From the IMG/VR virus record IMGVR_UViG_3300031519_000019, positions 6,921 through 70,920 of that record: DNA of 64,000 bases. One strand, written 5' to 3'. This document shows positions 54,800 to 61,591 of the stretch, piece after piece. Position 1 is the first letter of the stretch, and each line of letters begins with the position of its first letter. This DNA is from a virus (lineage: Duplodnaviria > Caudoviricetes). The notes beneath the pieces are model-generated. The model made no database searches. It worked only from the letters and a program-made list of their open reading frames with translations, and was not told the DNA's origin. Position numbers and translations under genes: made by a program.

Positions 54800-55413
54800 T
54801 GCGGCAACGCATCGTTAAAGTGCCATGCTTTATGTTTGCTTTCGTCTACAGTTTCTAGCCCTGTTGGAGATTTAAATTGTAAATTACCTCCTCCGTCAGA
54901 CACGTTTAGTGTAATACTTACGCCTCCGTTTTGATAATATTTTAAATTATCTTTTATTCCTGAATCTACATGTACAATTCCTTTACTAGGAGGTGTTTGG
55001 CCTACTAATCGCACACAACTTACATAAGACAAATTTAGACCATCAACAACATCAATTAGATATTGCGGAGTATCAGATTTCCATTTCCAAGAAGTATCAT
55101 ACACTTGCCAGATAGGCCTTCTTCCTTCTGGAGTATCTACAAAACTTTGATTGTTTGTTTCGGGTATATTAGGCAAGTGTGTAAAGTTGTAAGTAACAAA
55201 TGTATTAAATTTACCTTCAATTTTAGTTCCGTTATCGTCATAGTGTACAACATCGTTGTATTCGTCAAAGAATCCATCTTGGTCATATTTACTACGACCG
55301 TTGTTGTAAATAACAGTAGCAAGGAAACTTTTATCAAAGATATTCATTTTAGTCAATTCGTCAAATAAATGACGTTGATCAAAATTATACTCAATAGGTT
55401 CAAAATGTTTCAT
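54742..55413 (-). CDS. Fe(II)/2OG-type oxygenase
   Basis: VRLVGQ...IVHVD...ITLNV...WHFNDALPHCT...RIQIRVFG. Confidence 0.62.
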   Translation of the reverse strand: MKHFEPIEYNFDQRHLFDELTKMNIFDKSFLATVIYNNGRSKYDQDGFFDEYNDVVHYDDNGTKIEGKFNTFVTYNFTHLPNIPETNNQSFVDTPEGRRPIWQVYDTSWKWKSDTPQYLIDVVDGLNLSYVSCVRLVGQTPPSKGIVHVDSGIKDNLKYYQNGGVSITLNVSDGGGNLQFKSPTGLETVDESKHKAWHFNDALPHCTTEIFAPRIQIRVFGKK

Positions 55414-55417
55414 ACAG

Positions 55418-55424
55418 TATTTAT
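55418..55424 (-). promoter_or_regulatory. Late-like box ATAAATA, 4 nt before ATG 55413
   Basis: Minus strand reads ATAAATA-CTGT-ATG; adjoins the GGAGAG RBS of the divergent + gene. Confidence 0.55.
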
Positions 55425-55433
55425 GGAGAGAAT

Positions 55434-56300
55434 ATGTTACCGCTAACCTATAGTGATTATTTTACTACTTCAGGACACGGAGATAATTGGAAAGTGCATC
55501 TTAAATCATGTACTCAAGAGCCTAACTCGTTTCACAACGAGTGTATTCGTGCTGCTAAAATACTTTATGAATCTGCATCTAGTCCAATAGTGTTGTTGTT
55601 CAGCGGCGGCTTAGATAGTGAGTATATGATTAACATTTTTAAAAAAGCTGGCATAGATTTTAAAGTTGCAATTATAAGTTATGGTGCTTATAATACACAC
55701 GACACCGCATATGCCTTTGAATATTGTAACGCACACAATTTATCACCGATAATAATTGATGTTGATATAGATAAATTTATAACTAGCGGTAAAATAATCG
55801 AAATAGCAACAACAGCCAAATGTTGTGCTTATCAAATACCTAGCATTATGTATGGTATTAGTAAAATAGACGGCACTGTTATAATGGCTAATGGCGAACC
55901 GTATATTAAAAACTTTGACGGAGACTGGCGCTGGGAAGAAACTGAAAGAGTTAATAGCTATATGAACTGGTTTAGAGATCAGCGATTAGAAGGTACTCCT
56001 GATTTTTTAAGATACACTCCAGAAATGACAGCTGGGTTTTTAAAGGAACCACGGGTTATACAATTAGTTAATAACCAATTACCTGGAAAACTCAGCACTC
56101 GTACTAGCAAATATATGATATACAGTAAAGATTTTACATTTAAAGAACGTCCAAAATTTACAGGATGGGAACAAATAGAAAAAACTTCGCTAATGAATAA
56201 CGAAGTTTTTTTAGAAATTAATAATTTAAAGAAACATTACAACGGAGTGTTTGAATTACAATATGCTGATTTATGCCAGCATTTGTCTGTCAAATGTTAA
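55434..56300 (+). CDS. PP-loop (adenine nucleotide alpha-hydrolase) enzyme, asparagine-synthetase-like catalytic domain
   Basis: IVLLFSGGLDSE (SGGxDS PP-loop), later VIMANGEP; no glutaminase domain. Confidence 0.7.
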   Translation: MLPLTYSDYFTTSGHGDNWKVHLKSCTQEPNSFHNECIRAAKILYESASSPIVLLFSGGLDSEYMINIFKKAGIDFKVAIISYGAYNTHDTAYAFEYCNAHNLSPIIIDVDIDKFITSGKIIEIATTAKCCAYQIPSIMYGISKIDGTVIMANGEPYIKNFDGDWRWEETERVNSYMNWFRDQRLEGTPDFLRYTPEMTAGFLKEPRVIQLVNNQLPGKLSTRTSKYMIYSKDFTFKERPKFTGWEQIEKTSLMNNEVFLEINNLKKHYNGVFELQYADLCQHLSVKC

Positions 56301-56642
56301 TTCTTTATTTGCAGCAGCAAAACTAGCAAAGTTTTGGAATGTTATTTCTTCGTCTGTAAATGATCCACCGAACTCGTCAAGGTGTTCTCCTACATTTGAA
56401 TTAAACTTGTCAAGGGATTCTTGACCATCAAGAATCCAAACTATTTCAACTCCGAGATTGTCATTTATAATTTCACCATGCATAAGCCAAATGTCGCCTT
56501 TCTCTATCATGTCATCAACGCCGTCAAGAATAAGTAGCGTTACTGCCGGATCAGCATTACCTAATACTGAAATAAGATGAGCATTTTCTTCTGGTCGTGC
56601 AACACCGTCAACGTTTAATAAAGTATATGTTAGTTTTTTCAT
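56271..56642 (-). CDS. Small acidic hypothetical protein (123 aa) with its own late box and strong RBS
   Basis: ATAAATA at 56667-56661, then AAGGAG 7 nt before the ATG; D/E-rich. Confidence 0.7.
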   Translation of the reverse strand: MKKLTYTLLNVDGVARPEENAHLISVLGNADPAVTLLILDGVDDMIEKGDIWLMHGEIINDNLGVEIVWILDGQESLDKFNSNVGEHLDEFGGSFTDEEITFQNFASFAAANKELTFDRQMLA

Positions 56643-56660
56643 ATCATGTCTCCTTAAAAT

Positions 56661-56676
56661 TATTTATCAATAAGTA
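56661..56676. promoter_or_regulatory. Back-to-back divergent late-like boxes (ATAAATA on -, ATAAGTA on +)
   Basis: TATTTAT-CA-ATAAGTA-TTAGT-ATG(56682). Confidence 0.55.
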
Positions 56677-56681
56677 TTAGT

Positions 56682-57254
56682 ATGGAAAATTATTTTTTAT
56701 TACCAGACTTAAAATACGATAATGAACGCATTGAATTAGAAAATTATGTTAATTCATATACTAATTGGTCGTTTCTAGGTGTTGGTCGATTTAAAATCTA
56801 TATAGGATTTCCTGAAAGACATGCTATAAATCCTATAGCTTCTAAGTTTAAAAATCCAAAGACTCTATTTAAAAAAATAGAAATGAATCTAGTTAAGGCA
56901 AACGGCATTGTTGCTCCCCATACAGACTGTGATAGATTTGCTACTTTGAATATACCTATTATGGGAGATTTTAAAAATAGCACCTTAGATTTTTATACTA
57001 AGAATACAGACGGAGAAGAAGTACCTGGACTAGATGGAAATATCAATGCTGTGTATAAGCCTAAGCACTATGTACAAGAAGATCTAATAGATCAGATATC
57101 TTATACGGTTCCGGTATGCTTTAATACCCAAACTGTTCACGGTGTTACAAATTGTACTAAACAAGATAGATATATTTTAACTTTAAGTTTTAAAGAAGAG
57201 TTTACTTACAATAAAATAAAAGATATGTACGAATACGGAGATTTATTAGTGTAA
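56682..57254 (+). CDS. Fe(II)/2OG-type oxygenase
   Basis: VAPHTD...ATLNIPI...VCFNTQTVHGV...RYILTLSF. Confidence 0.7.
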   Translation: MENYFLLPDLKYDNERIELENYVNSYTNWSFLGVGRFKIYIGFPERHAINPIASKFKNPKTLFKKIEMNLVKANGIVAPHTDCDRFATLNIPIMGDFKNSTLDFYTKNTDGEEVPGLDGNINAVYKPKHYVQEDLIDQISYTVPVCFNTQTVHGVTNCTKQDRYILTLSFKEEFTYNKIKDMYEYGDLLV

Positions 57255-57958
57255 TGTTTTCAGAAAAACTATTTAAAAACGTATTTGATCCAACTGCAAT
57301 CAAACAAGTTGCAGAAAATTTAAAAACAATTGACAATAAAGAAACATTTATATACGAACAAGACCAAACCACAGTAAGAAGTATATTTGCTCCTCATTGG
57401 TTTGATAATACGTTAAAAGAGTTTGTCAATAACAATCCTATGATAGATATAGTTAAAGATATCTTAGAAACAGATGTTTATACTCATCAAGTGCATTTTA
57501 ATTATAAATCTGCAAACATAGGAGGCGAGTATGCATGGCATAGTGATTACACTTTTTGGCAAGCACACGACGGTATGCCGGATCCTAATGCATTAAGTTT
57601 ATTATTCTTGTTAGACGATATGACATTAGAAAACGGCCCCCTAGAAGTATTACCGGGCAGTGAAAATTTTCTTGTTGAAAAGAAGACTAAAACTTGGACT
57701 ATTAAGCATGATGCTAACGAAAAAGACGGTATGATAACCGAAAATATGGTGTCTATGACTGGATTACAGCGTCATACAGTACTGGGCGAAGCAGGGGATG
57801 TGTATGTGATGCATGCTAATATGTGGCACACTAGCGGGCGTAATACAAGCTCTAAAGACAGGAATGTGTTGTTTATATGCTACAATTCTGTTGATAATAA
57901 GACTACAAAAACAGATAGACCCAATTACATAACACTAAGAAACTTTAGTCCAGTTTAG
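57254..57958 (+). CDS. PhyH-family Fe(II)/2OG dioxygenase, ectoine-hydroxylase (EctD)-like
   Basis: RSIFAPH, HQVHFNYK, AWHSDYTFWQAHDGMP, NGPLEVLPGS, HANMWHTS..N.S..DRNVLFICYNSVDN. Confidence 0.85.
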   Translation: MFSEKLFKNVFDPTAIKQVAENLKTIDNKETFIYEQDQTTVRSIFAPHWFDNTLKEFVNNNPMIDIVKDILETDVYTHQVHFNYKSANIGGEYAWHSDYTFWQAHDGMPDPNALSLLFLLDDMTLENGPLEVLPGSENFLVEKKTKTWTIKHDANEKDGMITENMVSMTGLQRHTVLGEAGDVYVMHANMWHTSGRNTSSKDRNVLFICYNSVDNKTTKTDRPNYITLRNFSPV

Positions 57959-59090
57959 TTGTTATTATATTGCTTGCTATTGTTTGCCATTTATCATGGG
58001 CTTCGGTTAGTGTAGCACCTGATGTAACGCAAAATCCTTTAGACACCATCAGCATATCCATGCGTGTCAAATAAGACTGTTGTGCAGGCAATGTCAATTC
58101 ATCAGCAAGTGTAGCATCGCCTCTAAACTCTACTTTATGTTTGCCCTTTGCTATATCAAAATACTTATAAACTACGCACTTATCTAGTTGTACTTTTGTT
58201 TTATCTTTGTATAGTAAACTATCTACAATAAGTTTGTTATAGTTGATGCCTGCACTGTGTTTAATTAACACTTGCGCACTTACACTTAGTCTAGGACTAA
58301 AATCTACCAAATAAAATTGTCCATCTCTACTACTTATAAAGTCAGCCATCCATGCACAGTTAGTTAGTTCTAAGCCGTTACTTAACTTTTCTATTTGTTC
58401 TTTTATAGGATCTGTATTTTTGTAATAACTGTTAAGTAAGAATCCAGTTTCTGCTCTGTATGGTAGTTCACTTGATTCGATAGTATATACACAATCAAAT
58501 AATATATCACCATCTACAATTCTGCCAGCACAACTAATAGTAGGACCGTCTATAAAATCTTGGAAGATATAATGCTTGCCTAGGTCGTTATACTGTATAT
58601 CTTCTCCAGAAGCAAAAAAGAAATATTCACTGTAGTCATTTAATACTTTAACTCCAATACTTCCTGTACCGTTTACTGGTTTAGCAATAATAGGATAAGT
58701 TACTTGTTTAATATCGTCATACGTGTTTGGAACTGTTACTCCTACACTTTTTGCAAAGGCAGTATACGCTTGCTTACTAGATAATATGTTGCATTGTTTA
58801 TCAGTGAATCCTAACTTTTTATACAAGTAAGGAAACATCATATCGTTGTATAAAGGAAAAATTAAATCTATATTTTTTTCTTCTATATAGGCTAAGATTA
58901 CTTTTGCTAAATCGCCTCTTTCTCTTTCAAATATATCAACATTATCTATTAAATTATCGTGTAACGGAATGACAGTATTTTTTGCGAACTCGTTACCTAA
59001 TGCTCTCCAAGAATATAGATTATGTTCTTTTAGTTCTTCTACAGCATATCTTAGATTGCTAGTTTGATAATTTAATAAAATATTAACCAT
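57945..59090 (-). CDS. ATP-grasp ligase (L-amino-acid ligase/carboxylate-amine ligase-like)
   Basis: YPIIAKPVNGTGSIGV, YIFQDFIDGP, FYLVDFSPR. Confidence 0.8.
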   Translation of the reverse strand: MVNILLNYQTSNLRYAVEELKEHNLYSWRALGNEFAKNTVIPLHDNLIDNVDIFERERGDLAKVILAYIEEKNIDLIFPLYNDMMFPYLYKKLGFTDKQCNILSSKQAYTAFAKSVGVTVPNTYDDIKQVTYPIIAKPVNGTGSIGVKVLNDYSEYFFFASGEDIQYNDLGKHYIFQDFIDGPTISCAGRIVDGDILFDCVYTIESSELPYRAETGFLLNSYYKNTDPIKEQIEKLSNGLELTNCAWMADFISSRDGQFYLVDFSPRLSVSAQVLIKHSAGINYNKLIVDSLLYKDKTKVQLDKCVVYKYFDIAKGKHKVEFRGDATLADELTLPAQQSYLTRMDMLMVSKGFCVTSGATLTEAHDKWQTIASNIITTKLD

Positions 59091-59677
59091 TACGTATATC
59101 TAATATTATCATCTTTTAAATTGTTTATATCAAAACCGTGTTGCCTAAAAGGTACAGCAAATCGCAATACTGCATCTTTTTCTAACGGACCTTTTAATAT
59201 AAAGTCGTATAACGGAATGTTAGTTACAGTGCCTGCTGGAACAACAACAATGTCCATTATGTTATATTTTGCAAATGCATCTGAATAGTGTGTAGCAAAC
59301 CCCTCACCTGGCCAAGTAATATGTTTTTTAAGACGCCCTGCGTGTACCCACCACCAGCCCCATACGCCTATTTTTTCGTGAGTTTTAATAACAAAATCTA
59401 ATAGATCAAAAGTAACTTGTTTGCCTACTTTAATTCCTATTTTTCTAGATAGTTGTGTGTCTAAATACATCCAACCTACACCTGTTACTGGAGTTTTATT
59501 AGATGCTAATACTTGTATAAATTTGCCATCGTTATCAACTGCTGCAAAAATTCTACGATTTTCAGAGATAAAAGAAATATTATTCCACGAGCTATCTAAC
59601 TTTCGAGCAGAAAGTTGTTCAATAATAAATTCATCAAATTGTTGCTTATGCGATTGATCGAGTTCAATTATTTGCAT
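59090..59677 (-). CDS. Hypothetical protein, possibly GNAT fold
   Basis: MQIIELDQSH...RRIFAAVDNDGKFI pattern typical of GNAT N-termini; no clear CoA motif; overlap-coupled to panD and the ATP-grasp gene. Confidence 0.4.
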   Translation of the reverse strand: MQIIELDQSHKQQFDEFIIEQLSARKLDSSWNNISFISENRRIFAAVDNDGKFIQVLASNKTPVTGVGWMYLDTQLSRKIGIKVGKQVTFDLLDFVIKTHEKIGVWGWWWVHAGRLKKHITWPGEGFATHYSDAFAKYNIMDIVVVPAGTVTNIPLYDFILKGPLEKDAVLRFAVPFRQHGFDINNLKDDNIRYT

Positions 59678-60018
59678 GGGTAACCTAGTATATCCTTAAT
59701 TTCGTTGTCTTTGTTACAAAATATAACTTTTGCTCCGCCAAACGATTCTGTAGCATGATATGTAATTACAACACATTTATCACCAATTTCTCCTAGGCGT
59801 GCTCCTCCACCGTTTAATTCAAACGATCCTTTTGGCCCAGGTACTGCATACGTAGTCCATCTAGTACCTGTGTTAAGGTTTACTACATCAAGTTTTTGGT
59901 AAGGTTCGATGCCGCTAACTTCTAGTAAGTTAGAGCAGATTGTAACACTACCGTGATAGTCAATTGACTTGGCAGTGACATTTATATTATGAAGTTTTGC
60001 GTGTATATATTCTTTCAT
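59668..60018 (-). CDS. panD: Aspartate 1-decarboxylase (pyruvoyl-dependent)
   Basis: AKLH (catalytic Lys), YHG/SVT (Gly-Ser autocleavage site), RWTTY (catalytic Tyr), LNGGGAR, GDKCVVITY; 116 aa. Confidence 0.9.
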   Translation of the reverse strand: MKEYIHAKLHNINVTAKSIDYHGSVTICSNLLEVSGIEPYQKLDVVNLNTGTRWTTYAVPGPKGSFELNGGGARLGEIGDKCVVITYHATESFGGAKVIFCNKDNEIKDILGYPCK

Positions 60019-60024
60019 AGTATT

Positions 60025-60052
60025 ATTATACTACAAAAGAATAAATTGTCAA
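60025..60052 (-). promoter_or_regulatory. sigma70-type promoter TTGACA-N16-TATAAT for the panD operon, leaderless
   Basis: Minus strand reads TTGACA-atttattcttttgtag-TATAAT-aatact-ATG(60018). Confidence 0.8.
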
Positions 60053-60056
60053 CCAA

Positions 60057-61208
60057 TTAGTTTAAGTCTACCCAAGCAGCGCCAGTATACCCTTGGAACT
60101 TAGTATTTGTTGTATTAAATACTATCATACCTGCTACTGGAGAAGTAATTGCTGCATCTCTTGCTGTATTGTCTGCATATGTTACTAAAGTAGCTGCACC
60201 TGTAAATACAGTTTCACCTGTATTTTTTACAGTAAGTTTAACTTCGTTAGTGCCGTCTGACTTAGATGTAAGTATTTCAACATTTGATGGAATGTAAGCT
60301 GCTTGCGGCGCACCAGAAGCAGTAATTCTTATACCACCTGCGCTACGATAATCTGATCCATTAAAACCGGCAGTAATGAATGTACCGATTGCATCACCGC
60401 TTTGTACTGCTGTAGGCACAGTTTTAGATCCTCTTGATCTAAGAATACCTATACTACCACCAGGGCCAGTATCTGTATTATGTATTTGTGCTAGTGCTAC
60501 CTCTGCCGGATTTGTAGATGAATTGAATAGTGTAAATGTTCTTTCAACTGGATCGAGCGGCGCACCTACTTGAGCATTACTAGTTATTAACACTGTACCA
60601 GCTGAATCTTCGGTTGAAATAATAAAGAAATTACCATCACCGTTTGTACGCAAGAACATAGTATTGTCACTAGATAGAGATGTTAGTTTAATATTACCCG
60701 CTTCGACACTCGGTGCGTTTACAGGTCCTCGAATTTCCCCAGTTGTACCGTCTACAAGTAGACTGCTATCGTCTGCAAATACACTACCTCTTACATCACC
60801 TACAACTGGTCCAATATGTGTTCCGAACGAATCACCATTTAAATTAGCAGTTACTTGTAATGCATCAGTGTCAACCATAATTGACGAATCGTAGCCAATA
60901 ATATTAATTTGATAATTTGAACCTTCTACTACACCGTCGCCTGTTCCTGATGTAGCAGGTGTACTTGGTATCCATTTTAGTGTAGCAGTGTCGTATGCAA
61001 GTACTTGGCCATTTATAGCACCTGCAACGTTTATGTCATCTAATCCTGCTAAATCTGGACTACCTGCACCTTCTACAAGTCGTCCACCAACGGTAGTACC
61101 ATCACCTATATACAGTTTCTTTGTGTCGGTGGTATATATTAATTCGCCCTGTACTGGCGTTATAAGTAGACGTTCTGCATCTGTTCCGCGTCTTAGACGT
61201 AAAGCCAT
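60057..61208 (-). CDS. Fibre-like virion/decoration protein with Mtd/hyaluronidase-type N-terminal anchor
   Basis: MALRLRRGTDAERLLITPVQGELIYTTDTKKLYIGDG N-terminus; LAGLDDINV...NGQVLAYD repeat; C-terminal ARDAAITSPVAGMIVFNTTNTKFQGYTGAAWVDL. Confidence 0.72.
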   Translation of the reverse strand: MALRLRRGTDAERLLITPVQGELIYTTDTKKLYIGDGTTVGGRLVEGAGSPDLAGLDDINVAGAINGQVLAYDTATLKWIPSTPATSGTGDGVVEGSNYQINIIGYDSSIMVDTDALQVTANLNGDSFGTHIGPVVGDVRGSVFADDSSLLVDGTTGEIRGPVNAPSVEAGNIKLTSLSSDNTMFLRTNGDGNFFIISTEDSAGTVLITSNAQVGAPLDPVERTFTLFNSSTNPAEVALAQIHNTDTGPGGSIGILRSRGSKTVPTAVQSGDAIGTFITAGFNGSDYRSAGGIRITASGAPQAAYIPSNVEILTSKSDGTNEVKLTVKNTGETVFTGAATLVTYADNTARDAAITSPVAGMIVFNTTNTKFQGYTGAAWVDLN

Positions 61209-61213
61209 AGTTT

Positions 61214-61272
61214 AACTCCTGAGATATCTTGTTATAAGTATTTATGCCTAATCAAAGATAACCTCAGGAGTT
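61214..61272 (-). promoter_or_regulatory. Hairpin sequestering the AGGAG RBS of gene 61208, with ATAAATA late box (61245-61239) in the loop
   Basis: Arms AACTCCTGAG-GT-TATCTT and AAGATA-T-CTCAGGAGTT; 10 + 6 bp paired. Confidence 0.75.
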
Positions 61273-61591
61273 ACTTGCGTTTTTTCATAAAAGAACGTGT
61301 TCTAGACTTAACATCTGCAATAACTTTACGAGTATTCAGTCTAAAATCAACATTTACAATATCTTCGTCGTATTCTTCAAAAAATGCATCAAGGGTATCT
61401 TCTAATGTTTCAGTTAATCCGTCAGCTGACATTTTAGTTTGATCTAAGTCAATTTCCCAGATTTTTCCATCCTTAAAGTGTACCTGCAACGATTCTAAAT
61501 ATTCTACAGGTACTGCTTTAATTTCTAAATCTTTAAAAACTTCAGGCCATAATCGAATTACTTCAGGGGGCAATTTTTTACTTTTAGGCAC
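61271..61591 (-). CDS. Hypothetical protein (106 aa, acidic)
   Basis: Overlap-coupled ORF in the - strand operon. Confidence 0.7.
   Translation of the reverse strand: MPKSKKLPPEVIRLWPEVFKDLEIKAVPVEYLESLQVHFKDGKIWEIDLDQTKMSADGLTETLEDTLDAFFEEYDEDIVNVDFRLNTRKVIADVKSRTRSFMKKRK

Noticed and set aside
36061-56300. 7-deazaguanine (QueE/QueC/QueD/FolE/DpdA) DNA-modification pathway
   Set aside because: No FolE, QueD or DpdA-like gene seen; the radical SAMs are longer twitch types, not QueE; the PP-loop protein lacks the QueC Cys cluster
57254-57958. Naming the gene ectD
   Set aside because: Signature deviates at the substrate-side residues and there is no ectABC context
29861-60018. Known thymidine/cytosine hypermodification cluster
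   Set aside because: No dNMP hydroxymethylase, hmdU kinase, amino-acid:DNA transferase, TET/JBP or GT-B glucosyltransferase recognised; not excluded if such genes lie outside the window
60057-61208. Diversity-generating retroelement target (Mtd-like N-terminus)
   Set aside because: No reverse transcriptase or template/variable repeat pair visible in the window; only the anchor domain is shared
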